Origin: Candidatus Eiseniibacteriota bacterium
Lineage (GTDB): Bacteria > Eisenbacteria > RBG-16-71-46
Reading direction: 5' to 3'
Assembly: GCA_031370785.1 (NCBI GenBank)
Contig: JANMQY010000145.1
Location: 1 to 48,156, forward strand
DNA length: 48,156 bases
Position numbers and translations under genes: made by a program. Of the stretch, positions 27,349-35,986 are shown piece after piece; the stretch's first letter is position 1; each line of letters begins with the position of its first letter. Below the pieces are notes generated by a model, which made no database searches, had not been told where the DNA came from, and was given only the letters and a program-made list of their open reading frames with translations.

Positions 27349-27550
27349 CGCGAGCTGCTCCAGGCCGGTGTTCGCCGCCGCCTGAGCTCGGCGATGCCGA
27401 GCGAGAGGGTCAGCAGTCCGACCGCGGCGAACGCGCCGCGCGTCACGGGCACCGATTCCGCCCAGCCTTCGGGCAGGTAACGCATCTCCACGATGTGGCG
27501 GCCTGCCGGAATCACCACCCCGCGCACCATGAATGCGGCCGGAACGAGGC
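27300..27550 (-). pseudogene. Orphan C-terminal fragment resembling YfhO-family membrane proteins
   Basis: LVPAAFMVRGVVIPAGRHIVEMRYLPEGW plus one TM helix matches the typical YfhO C-terminus (R.V.VPAG.H.VE.RY.P + TM). The rest of the gene is missing. Confidence 0.55.
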
Positions 27551-27551
27551 C

Positions 27552-27580
27552 ACGCCCCGGGCGCTGAGCGCCCGGGGCGT
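27552..27580. terminator. Perfect 13-bp GC-rich hairpin downstream of the SPOR gene
   Basis: acgccccgggcgc-tga-gcgcccggggcgt; no U-tract. Confidence 0.5.
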
Positions 27581-27612
27581 CGATGAGTCTGCGGAAAAGA
27601 GGAGGACTCGGC

Positions 27613-28401
27613 TTACTTGGCCTTGGGAATCGCCACCACCGCGGCCTGCTCGATCAGGCCTTTCGCGAGCAGACTGCTGCCACGAGACTCGGCGGCCGAA
27701 CGGCTCGAGAAGCTGCCGACCAGAACGTGGAAAGTGCCCTCGCCCATGCTGGCCACCTGGGTCGGGAGCCCGGCGCTCGCCTTCAGTGCCTCAGCAACCT
27801 GATTGGCCTTCTCCTCGTCGAGGTACTGTCCGGCGTCGATCGCGAATGGCCCTTTCTCCTTCGGCGCCGCCGGCTCAGTGGCCGTCGCGGCTCCGCCGGA
27901 TGCGCCGGCTGAAGGCGTCGCAGCGGCGCCGCCCGATCCGGTTCCCTGAGCCGGCGTGCCCGCGGCCGCCGCGCCCGAAGCCCCGGCGGCGTTCTTGGCT
28001 CTCAGCGCGAGGATTCTTCTCTGCTCCGCCTTCGGGAGCTTGGTGAATGCGATCGAATCGGCGCGAGCCACGGCCGCGAGGCTGTCCGCCTGCCGAACCG
28101 CAGCGAGAGAGTCGGCGACGACAACGGCGCGCGCATCCGCCGCGGCCTTTTCGGCGGCGGCCTTCGCCTTTAGTTGATTGTTGTGAATCAACCACCAGCC
28201 TCCAGCCGCGAGCGCCACGACGATCACGACTCCGACGATCATTCCCACCGGGGAGGACTTCTTCTTCAGGAAGTCGAGGTCGTCGTCGCCACCACCCTCC
28301 GGATGGTCGAGCTTGTCGCGAAGGCGCGGCGGCAGCCAGGCCTGGGAGTCGGGAGGGGTCGAGGACTTGGGCGGGGTTTCGCGATCATCGGGTCCGGTCA
28401 C
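27613..28401 (-). CDS. Single-TM SPOR-domain protein
   Basis: TM helix, Ala-rich coil with ADSL repeats, Gly/Ala linker, C-terminal SPOR (FAIDAGQY...FHVLVGSFSSRSAAE). GTG start with GAGGAA RBS. Confidence 0.78.
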   Translation of the reverse strand: MTGPDDRETPPKSSTPPDSQAWLPPRLRDKLDHPEGGGDDDLDFLKKKSSPVGMIVGVVIVVALAAGGWWLIHNNQLKAKAAAEKAAADARAVVVADSLAAVRQADSLAAVARADSIAFTKLPKAEQRRILALRAKNAAGASGAAAAGTPAQGTGSGGAAATPSAGASGGAATATEPAAPKEKGPFAIDAGQYLDEEKANQVAEALKASAGLPTQVASMGEGTFHVLVGSFSSRSAAESRGSSLLAKGLIEQAAVVAIPKAK

Positions 28402-28716
28402 GGAATGTTCCTCAGAGAACTGGTTGAAGGGTCGTGGGTTCCTGTGCGGAACCCCGGCGGCAATCCCGGTGCGCGCAGTATGCCAGATTCTTGCGATTGC
28501 CGGGACGCGCTCCGGCACGCGCTGGCGGCGCGCCAAAACACGCGGTCGAGTCCGCGATGCGATGGGCGATTGTAGAACCTTCCCTCATTTTGAAAAAGAT
28601 TCTGTCCATATCGCGGCCCGCGTCAGCATTCGTCCTACAGCTCCCACGCACGAGAAATCAGCTAGCTCTCATCTCCACACCGATCTTCGAACTGAAATGC
28701 GACGGCCGCATCCCGC

Positions 28717-28732
28717 TGGCACGGAACTGGCT
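28717..28732 (+). promoter_or_regulatory. Candidate sigma-54 promoter
   Basis: TGGCACGGAACTGGCT versus consensus TGGCACG-N4-TTGCW; GG-N10-GC spacing correct, one mismatch. Confidence 0.35.
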
Positions 28733-29001
28733 CTTTGCGATGCCGACGCCGGCGCACAAACGTGCGTTCGACAAGGGGGCGTCATCAGAAGCAGAACGAA
28801 TCAACGGTTGCGGGCGGATGTGGATCGATGGGTCAAACCGTCGTCGAATGCGATGCGGCCTCGCATTCCTCCCATAATTCGCCCGCACCGAATTCTCTCC
28901 GACTTCCGACCCAGCGCGGCCGGCGAACCTACGGATCTCGTACCCCTCACAATGAATGAACCGCGCATGCTGCGGTCATTTTCTGATTGAAGGAGTTTCT
29001 C

Positions 29002-29646
29002 ATGCGTCCAAACTACTGGATCTCGAGCTTCGCACTCATCGCCGCGGTGGCGCTTTCGAGTTGCCGCAACGATTCGCAGACGGCGCAGGCGACCGGCACC
29101 GCGAACGCCACGAAGACGACGACCTACCGTGCTCCCGAGCTGACGATTCCGGCCAGCTCGACGATTCAAGTGACGCTCAACAGCGGGGTCTCCTCGAAGA
29201 CGGCCAATGTCGGCGACGCATGGAGCGGAACCGTCGAGCAGGCGCTGGTGGTCGATGGGCGCAACGTCATTCCGGCCGGCAGCCCGGTCAGCGGTACCGT
29301 CACTGCCGCCAAGGCGGCACAGAAGGGTGATCGCGCGATGCTCGACCTGGGGCTGAGCTCGGTCACGATCCGTGACCGTACCTACCGGCTGCATGGCAGC
29401 ACCGAAGCGGTCATCGCAGGCTCGACTCGTGCGCGCAATCTCGGCGCCATCGGTGCGGCGACGGCAGCGGGTGCGGTGATCGGACACGCGATTGGCGGCT
29501 CGACCAAGGGAACCGTGATCGGCGCCATCGTTGGCGGCGGCGCGGCGACCGGCGCGGTCTCCAAGACGAGCGGCTATCAGGTGGAGCTGAAGCCGGGCAC
29601 GTCCCTCACGTTCACGACGAGCGAGGCGCTCGCCGTAAGGCAGTAG
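29002..29646 (+). CDS. Lipoprotein with beta-rich domain and glycine zipper
   Basis: Lipobox LSSC, AAGGAG RBS, IPAGSPVSGTV, glycine zipper GAATAAGAVIGHAIGG...GAIVGGGAATG. Confidence 0.8.
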   Translation: MRPNYWISSFALIAAVALSSCRNDSQTAQATGTANATKTTTYRAPELTIPASSTIQVTLNSGVSSKTANVGDAWSGTVEQALVVDGRNVIPAGSPVSGTVTAAKAAQKGDRAMLDLGLSSVTIRDRTYRLHGSTEAVIAGSTRARNLGAIGAATAAGAVIGHAIGGSTKGTVIGAIVGGGAATGAVSKTSGYQVELKPGTSLTFTTSEALAVRQ

Positions 29647-29677
29647 ACGCAATCGCAGAAGTTTCGGGGCGGGTGGA

Positions 29678-30095
29678 CCGTCTGACCGAATAGACCTGAA
29701 GCCGCGGGGAGCGCGCATCAGGTTGGAGATCGGCCAACGTCCATCCGCCCCAATGTTTTTGGTGAAGCGGTGTCAGAGCTGGATCGAGGGCGCATTGTCG
29801 GGAACTCTGCCCTCTGCGCCATCCCCAACCGGCTCGCTTTCGATTGCGGACCTGATTCGCAAGTACGAGGCCCAGCACCAGGACCTCGTCGCAAAGGCGA
29901 AGGCTTCTCCCATGGCCCGCATGGATGCGACCATCAAGTTTCCGGTCGGGCTGAACAAGATGGAAGACAAGCGAGTCGGCCATGATGCTGATGGACCACG
30001 TGCATCATCGCGGACAGATGAGCGTCTACCTTCGGCTGCTGGGTGCGAAAGTGCCGGGGATCTGCGGACCGTCTGTCGACGAGCCCTGGAACTAG
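29678..30095 (+). pseudogene. Decayed DinB/YfiT-family gene
   Basis: Three pieces in different frames: PSDRIDLKP (~29679), ...IKFPVGLNKMEDKRVG, and MMLMDHVHHRGQMSVYLRLLGAKVPGICGPSVDEPWN* (29982-30095), the classic DinB C-terminus. Confidence 0.75.
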
Positions 30096-30112
30096 ATGCG
30101 TCGCGCGGCAGC

Positions 30113-31285
30113 TCAGGCGCGTGGAAGATGCGGGGCGTGCGGCGCGCTGATGGATGGCGGATCGGGCCGCACACTCAGCACGCCCGATAGCCAGCGCGAG
30201 GGTGAGAGGCAGGCGAGGAACACGATGAACTGAAGGGTGAGCGCGGCGAGCACCACGCCCTGGCCACCGAGGCGGCTCGAGCCCGGCCATGCGGCAAGAT
30301 GCCTCGTCACCCGCTGCATCGAGATCGGGCCGACCAGCGCGAGCACGACCACGCTCGCGATCAGCGACTGCGGTCCGAACGCGCTGGATTGAGTGGAAAG
30401 CAGTCCGCCGACCAGCGCGGCGATGCCCATGCACATCCACAGCCCGCCCTTGCCGCGCCACGGCTGAGTCGGCATCGCGAACGACAGTACCGCCGCGAGC
30501 GACAGCACGCCGAGCTTGCCGAGCAGGTGATCTCCGACGTAGTGAAGCGGGCGGAGCACGCTGAAGCGCAGCGCGGTGAGCGGGTGATCCCAGGCGTTGA
30601 AGTTGAACCACGGTCCCATCAGCTGTGAGAGCGCGACGTAGCCGCCTCCGATGAGCACGCCGATCACCAGGGTGAAGGTGATGAGCCGCTTGTGTTCGTC
30701 GATCACGAGGGCGAAGAACGCGGCCGCTACGAACCACACCGCCGTGAGATCCGTGAAGAAGGCCGCTGCGAAGAGGAGGGCAGAGAGCAGCACGCCCAAC
30801 ACGCCGTTGGTCACCCGAAGCACGAAGAAGCCGAGCAGAACCAGGAGCAGCATGAGCGTCTCGGGGCGGGCGACCGCGGGCGGCTCGGCGAGCAGCCCGT
30901 AACCCAGCAGCAGGAATCCGACACCGGCGGCTGCGAGCGTCCAGCTTTCGGTCTCCATGCGGATGATCGCCAGAACCATCAGGGCGATGAGCAGGGTGGC
31001 CACGAGCGCGAGCGCGCGGGGCTCCCACAGCCCGGGACCGAAGGCGCGCACCAGCAGCGAGACCGCGAACGGGTAGCCGGGCATCAGCGAGGGCACGTCC
31101 GCGGAGGCCGGGGCCACGTACAGGGGATCGCCATGCACGAGCCGCTCGGCGCCTTCGAGCACGGCGACCTCGACTGGATCGATCGCGTGCGGGCGTCCCA
31201 CGACACGCGCGGCTACAGAGACAAACGCGACCACGGCGAGCGCGGAGACCAGGAACAGCAGCGTCAGCATCGTTCGGCGAAGCAT
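30113..31285 (-). CDS. Multi-pass membrane protein, GT-C/ArnT-like
   Basis: TM1, loop IDPVE...LYVAP...MPGYP, ARPETL, about 10 TM segments; GAGGG RBS. Confidence 0.55.
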   Translation of the reverse strand: MLRRTMLTLLFLVSALAVVAFVSVAARVVGRPHAIDPVEVAVLEGAERLVHGDPLYVAPASADVPSLMPGYPFAVSLLVRAFGPGLWEPRALALVATLLIALMVLAIIRMETESWTLAAAGVGFLLLGYGLLAEPPAVARPETLMLLLVLLGFFVLRVTNGVLGVLLSALLFAAAFFTDLTAVWFVAAAFFALVIDEHKRLITFTLVIGVLIGGGYVALSQLMGPWFNFNAWDHPLTALRFSVLRPLHYVGDHLLGKLGVLSLAAVLSFAMPTQPWRGKGGLWMCMGIAALVGGLLSTQSSAFGPQSLIASVVVLALVGPISMQRVTRHLAAWPGSSRLGGQGVVLAALTLQFIVFLACLSPSRWLSGVLSVRPDPPSISAPHAPHLPRA

Positions 31286-31347
31286 GGGGTCGTCCCCTTC
31301 CAGTCGGCGAGGACAGAATTCCAGCGGCGTACCCGGGGCTTCGCCCG

Positions 31348-31375
31348 TTATCGGCGGGAGGGGCGCGGGAATTGA
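31348..31375 (-). promoter_or_regulatory. sigma-28-like promoter TCAAT-N15-GCCGATAA
   Basis: Minus strand reads TCAATtcccgcgcccctcccGCCGATAA, about 63 nt upstream of ATG 31285. Confidence 0.62.
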
Positions 31376-31745
31376 GGATCCGTGTTCGGGGTGCGCGGCA
31401 CACGGCCAGACTGCGTGGCGGCTTCGCGCTCGCATTGCTGGCGCCGGGGTGCAAGTCGGTCGCTGGTCCGGAGGCTCGCTCGATCTCCGGGTACGTTCGG
31501 TACACCGACGGCAGCGTTGCCGCCGGGGCAAGGGTACAGGCTGATGGCGCAGTTCCGACCTATTCCGATGCCCTGGGTCGCTACACCATCGTAGTTACGG
31601 GCAGGTCCATGACCGTCACCGTGTTTGCGATGGAAGCCCCGCGCGGCGACGTCATCGTGGGTCCCTCACCGGGCGCATCAAGGTCGCGAGCCTCGGGAAG
31701 GTGACCGGGCGCGACATCGTGCTCGACTATTTCCAACCCATCTAG
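31372..31745 (+). pseudogene. Small lipoprotein with carboxypeptidase-regulatory-like beta domain, apparently frameshifted
   Basis: LALLAPGC, ISGYVRYTDGS.AAGARV...SDALGRYTI; the plausible C-terminus LTGRIKVASLGKVTGRDIVLDYFQPI* is in another frame after ~31660. Confidence 0.45.
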
Positions 31746-31830
31746 GAGCTTCGCGGGACACGAGACGCGCGGCGGTTGCCGGCGCAATCCTCGTTGACAG
31801 CCCGCCGTCCGTGGAGCTTCATCGTTTCCC

Positions 31831-32781
31831 ATGCCGATGCCGTGGGCCGCGCTTCGTCCTTATATCTCCCTCGAGTTCGTGGCAGGGAGCGGGCATCTGC
31901 GCGTCCGTGTCCTCGAACGCCCCGGGCTCTGGCTTCCGCCGGCCGAGCTCGAGCGCCTGGTCTCCGACATGCGCAGAGTCGTGGCGTCGCTCGGTGTCGG
32001 CGAGCTTCCCTACGGCATCCTCTCCGGGGAGCGCCGTCATCTCGATCGAGCCATCCTCACGCTCATCACCGACCGCGACACCGGCGCCCCGGTGGCGTTC
32101 AATGCGATGGTGGCGCTCGAATGCACTCCGCGCGGAGCGCCGGTCGATGTGATCCACATGGGGTTGACCGCGGTGGATCCGCAGTTCCGCAGTCGCGGCG
32201 TGGCGTGGATCCTCACCGGCTTCACCACCTTCCTGCTGTTCGTGAAGAACGGTCTGAGGCCCTACTGGATCAGCAACGTCTCGCAGGTCCCGGCCGCGAT
32301 CGGCATGGTGTGCCAGGCGGCGGCGAACGTCTTTCCCTCTCCTGACACGGCCGCACACCGGAGCTTCGATCATGTCGTGCTGGCGCGCGAGATCATGCGC
32401 CGCCATCGCGACGCCTTCGGGGTGGGCGAGGAGGCGGTGTTCGACCTCGAGCGCTTCGTCATCCTCAACTCGTACACCGGCGGCAGCGACCATCTGAAGA
32501 AAAGCTGGGAGGAATCCGCCCACCACCGCGACGAGCGCTTCAACGAAATGTGCCGCCGCGGGCTCGACTACGCGCGTGGTGACGACTTCCTGCAGCTCGG
32601 CCAGGTCAATCTGTTCACTCTATGGCGTTATCTGGCGCATTCGCTGCCGCGTGAGGCGTGGGCGGTCGCGCTCTCCCGTTTCTCGTTCGTGCTGGCCAAC
32701 ACGCTGGTGCTTCCCGTGCTCCAGTGGCTGACTCCGGACATTCCGATGGGCGAGCTGCGCCCGAGAAAATCCCGGTCGTGA
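31831..32781 (+). CDS. GNAT-fold acyltransferase-like protein
   Basis: HMGLTAVDPQFRSRGVA matches GNAT motif A; first gene of a coupled operon. Confidence 0.65.
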   Translation: MPMPWAALRPYISLEFVAGSGHLRVRVLERPGLWLPPAELERLVSDMRRVVASLGVGELPYGILSGERRHLDRAILTLITDRDTGAPVAFNAMVALECTPRGAPVDVIHMGLTAVDPQFRSRGVAWILTGFTTFLLFVKNGLRPYWISNVSQVPAAIGMVCQAAANVFPSPDTAAHRSFDHVVLAREIMRRHRDAFGVGEEAVFDLERFVILNSYTGGSDHLKKSWEESAHHRDERFNEMCRRGLDYARGDDFLQLGQVNLFTLWRYLAHSLPREAWAVALSRFSFVLANTLVLPVLQWLTPDIPMGELRPRKSRS

Positions 32782-33659
32782 CGAGCTTCGATTACGCCGG
32801 AATGACCCGGCGCAACATCGGATTCGTGACCGAGGGCGAGCAGGAGCGGCTGCGCAAGGGCCGGGTGTTCGTGTGCGGTGCGGGCGGCATGGGCGGCGCT
32901 TGCCTCCAGTCGCTGGTGCGCGCCGGCGTCGGCACGTTCGAGATCGCGGACTTTGACAGGTTCGAGCTCTCGAACCTGAATCGCCAGGTGTTCGCCACCC
33001 TGCCCGATCTCGGCCGGCCCAAGGTCGAGGTGACCGCGCAGCGCCTGCGCGAGATCCATCCCGGGATCGACTTGCGCGCGCACGGCGCCGACTGGCTCGA
33101 CTCGCTCGACGAAATCCTTTCACGCTGTTCTCTCGCCGTGAACGCCATGGATGACATCGCCGCAGGGATCCGGCTCTACCGCGCGGCGCGCGAGCGAGGC
33201 GCCACGGTGATCGACGCGTACACCTCGACGCTTCCTTCGGTAGTCGTGGTGGCGCCGGGCGATCCGCGGCCGGAAGAGCGGCTGGGATACCCGACGGTCG
33301 GCCTCGCGCCGGATCGCTTCACGCGCGAGATGCTGGATGCGTGCCGGCTCGCCGAGGTCGAGTACGTGCTGGTCCACTCCTCGACCGGCGCCATGATCGA
33401 TCCCGTGATCGCCGGCGAGATCCTCTCGGGAAAGCGCGCACGCATCTCGTTCGCGCCGATGGTGATCACGACCGGCAACCTGATGGCGTATGAAGCGGTG
33501 GCCGTGCTGACCGGACGCCGCTCGGCCACCGACTGTCGCGGTTGGTTTCTCAATCCCCACACCGGGCGCACCGAGCACCCGCGCCGGGGGCCGGTCGCGG
33601 CGCTTCGGCGCCGGATGGTGCGGCGCTTCCTCCGGAGTCTGAGCCATGCCGCACGGTGA
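32778..33659 (+). CDS. ThiF/E1-like adenylyltransferase
   Basis: RNIGFVTEGEQERL, CGAGGMGG, ADFDRFELSNLNRQ, GRPKV; no CxxC zinc motifs. GTG overlaps the upstream TGA. Confidence 0.9.
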   Translation: MTSFDYAGMTRRNIGFVTEGEQERLRKGRVFVCGAGGMGGACLQSLVRAGVGTFEIADFDRFELSNLNRQVFATLPDLGRPKVEVTAQRLREIHPGIDLRAHGADWLDSLDEILSRCSLAVNAMDDIAAGIRLYRAARERGATVIDAYTSTLPSVVVVAPGDPRPEERLGYPTVGLAPDRFTREMLDACRLAEVEYVLVHSSTGAMIDPVIAGEILSGKRARISFAPMVITTGNLMAYEAVAVLTGRRSATDCRGWFLNPHTGRTEHPRRGPVAALRRRMVRRFLRSLSHAAR

Positions 33660-34884
33660 CGGACGCGGAGTTCTGGCCGAGGCGCTGATCTCATGGTTCT
33701 CGCTGCTGGGTGTGCTCATGGCGGTGCGCGTCTACTGGAGTCAGACCACCCGCACCCGGCTCGAGCTGTGCGCCATGTTCCTGCTCGAATGCCTCGGCGT
33801 GCTGCTGCTGGTGCGCGGCTTCTACTGGATCTGGGGGCTCGCCATTCTTGGCCGCATGACCTACGTGGTCGCGGCAGTCATTCCGCTCGCGATCCTCCTC
33901 TACGTCGAGGCCCTGCTTCGCCGCCACTTTCCGCTCTGGGGCAAGGGGTTCGTGCTGGTCGGTACGGTGTTCTTCGTCGCCCTCGCGCTGATCGGAGATC
34001 TGCACGCGCACCCGCTGTGGTTGCCGGTGTTCACCGCGTACATGTTCGCCATGCAGCTCCTGCTCAGCGGCGCGATCGTGTTCCGCGATCGCAGGGATCT
34101 CGCTCCAGTGGAGGACCGGTCGGTCGGGGCGATCGCAGTCGCGGTCGTGCTGATCGCGCCCTTCATCGCGACCGACCTCGCCAGCGATCTCGGGCTGAGA
34201 ATGGTGCGGGTGGGCTCGGTCGGGATCCTGATCTTCGTCCATGCGATCGTCGTGGCTTCCGAGCCGCGCAGCAACGCCCGCACCATGTTCAGCGCGATCC
34301 TCGCGGTCATCGCATCGGCCGCACTGCTCGGCGCGCTCCAGGCGTACGTGATCGGCGACACGCGCCCGGCCACCGTGGCACGCAGCGTCGCGATGTTCGC
34401 GTGCATCATCCTGCTGGTCATGATTCATACGCGGGTCCGGGCATATGGCCAGGTCGCGCGGGGCCCGGGGCTGGTGCGAAGCATCGCGAGCGCCGACACC
34501 ACGACCACCGAAAACTTCCTGCGCGTGCTGGAACGCCTTCCGATGGTGGCGGGGTACCGCGTCATGCGCCCGGCGGATCTGCGCGCGTACGACTGCGATT
34601 CGTTCCCGGGCGTATTTCGCGCACGCGAAGAGAACGTGATCACGCGCAACCAGCTGAGGCGAACCCCTCACGGCCGTTCGGGCGACGCGGCGTATCATGC
34701 CGAACAGCTTGAGGACCTGCTGGAACGCGAGGGAATGACCCACGTGGTGCTGATTCGTGAATCACCGCTCGTGTTGCTGCTGGTGCTGATTCCGGCGGCG
34801 GGGATGGAGCAGGCCGCGAGCGCGCAGCTCGGCCTGATACGCACGATCGCTGAAGCCGTCGAGAGGAGTTCGGCCGGTGCTTGA
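33646..34884 (+). CDS. Multi-pass membrane protein (~9 TM) with C-terminal soluble domain
   Basis: Hydrophobic N-terminal ~260 aa and soluble ~140-aa tail; overlaps both neighbours. Confidence 0.75.
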   Translation: MPHGDGRGVLAEALISWFSLLGVLMAVRVYWSQTTRTRLELCAMFLLECLGVLLLVRGFYWIWGLAILGRMTYVVAAVIPLAILLYVEALLRRHFPLWGKGFVLVGTVFFVALALIGDLHAHPLWLPVFTAYMFAMQLLLSGAIVFRDRRDLAPVEDRSVGAIAVAVVLIAPFIATDLASDLGLRMVRVGSVGILIFVHAIVVASEPRSNARTMFSAILAVIASAALLGALQAYVIGDTRPATVARSVAMFACIILLVMIHTRVRAYGQVARGPGLVRSIASADTTTTENFLRVLERLPMVAGYRVMRPADLRAYDCDSFPGVFRAREENVITRNQLRRTPHGRSGDAAYHAEQLEDLLEREGMTHVVLIRESPLVLLLVLIPAAGMEQAASAQLGLIRTIAEAVERSSAGA

Positions 34885-35986
34885 ACTGCGCGAGGGGGAC
34901 ATGAGGGCGTTCTTCGAGACGCCGGAACATGCCTACGGTTCGAACTCGCCGTTCGTCTCGGTGTTCGATGCCGACCTCGAGCGCTTCCTCGACGCCCGCA
35001 AGAATCCGCTGCTCCGTAATTTCGGGGCGTTGACGTTTTTCACCGCGCATCGAGACGGCCGCCCGATCGGCCGCCTGACCGCGCATGCGCATGACGCCTC
35101 GAATCGTCGCCACGGGTGGAACCGCAGCTGCTTCGGCTATTTCGATTGCGCTGACGATCCGGAGGCCGCGTCGCTCCTGCTCGGCGCGGCGGAACAGTGG
35201 GGCCGCGCGCGCGGGCACGATCAGATCTGGGGCAACTTCAACCTCACGGCGATGGCGCCGGCCGGCGTGGTGACGGAAGGCTTCGAGCACCCGCCCTACT
35301 CGGACCAGCTATGGAACCCGCCGCACATCCCGCGCCTGCTCGAGCGCTCCGGCTATGCGGCCGAGTTCCCGATGTCGCAGTTTGAGATCGATCTGTCCCA
35401 GGTGGACCCGGACGCCGTGCTGCGTCCCGAACACCGCGAGCTGCTGGACGATCCTTCGTTTGCCTGGGGACGGGTGAAGGTTCGCGGGCTCGACCGGCTG
35501 CTGCCCGAGATCTGCGACGCGTTCAACGATGGGTTCGAGAACAATCCGATGTTCGTGCCGCTGACCCACGAGGAATTCCAGTTCCAGGCCAGGGACCTCA
35601 TGTGGGTGATCGACTCGCGCATCTCCTCGGTGGTGCGCGAGGGCGATCAAGTCGTCGGGATCCTGCTGTGCATTCCCGATCTCAACCCGTTGCTGCGCCA
35701 GTGTCGCTCGCGATTCGGACCCCTCACCCTGCCGCGACTGCTGCTCTATCGCAGGCGCTGTCGCCGCGCGGTCGTGATCATTCAGGGGGTGCGCCGGCGA
35801 CTGCAGAATCGCGGCCTCGGCGCGATCATGATTCACCTGGTGCTGAAGGCGCTGCGCGAAGCGGGCTACGAAAGGCTCGGCGTCACGTGGATCTCGGACG
35901 AGAACATTCCCTCGCTGCGCGGGGCCATGCGCGGTGGCGCGCACCCGTTGCATCGGCTGAAGCTGTTCCGCAAGTCGCTCCAGTGA
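34877..35986 (+). CDS. YghO-like tandem GNAT N-acyltransferase
   Basis: KNP...FFTAHRDGRPIGR...FGYFDC.DD.EAA..LL.AAEQW...G...EGFEHPP...WNPPH...LE..GY; NPMFVPLT.EEF; IPDLN; GVRRRLQNRGLG; WISDENIPS. Confidence 0.82.
   Translation: MLELREGDMRAFFETPEHAYGSNSPFVSVFDADLERFLDARKNPLLRNFGALTFFTAHRDGRPIGRLTAHAHDASNRRHGWNRSCFGYFDCADDPEAASLLLGAAEQWGRARGHDQIWGNFNLTAMAPAGVVTEGFEHPPYSDQLWNPPHIPRLLERSGYAAEFPMSQFEIDLSQVDPDAVLRPEHRELLDDPSFAWGRVKVRGLDRLLPEICDAFNDGFENNPMFVPLTHEEFQFQARDLMWVIDSRISSVVREGDQVVGILLCIPDLNPLLRQCRSRFGPLTLPRLLLYRRRCRRAVVIIQGVRRRLQNRGLGAIMIHLVLKALREAGYERLGVTWISDENIPSLRGAMRGGAHPLHRLKLFRKSLQ

Noticed and set aside
31794..31825. sigma-70 promoter for the GNAT-ThiF operon (perfect TTGACA)
   Set aside because: No acceptable -10 hexamer at 16-18 nt spacing.
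31700..33659. RiPP (microcin C-like) interpretation of the ThiF gene
   Set aside because: No precursor peptide with an RBS and no N-terminal peptide-recognition extension seen; the neighbours are acyltransferases.
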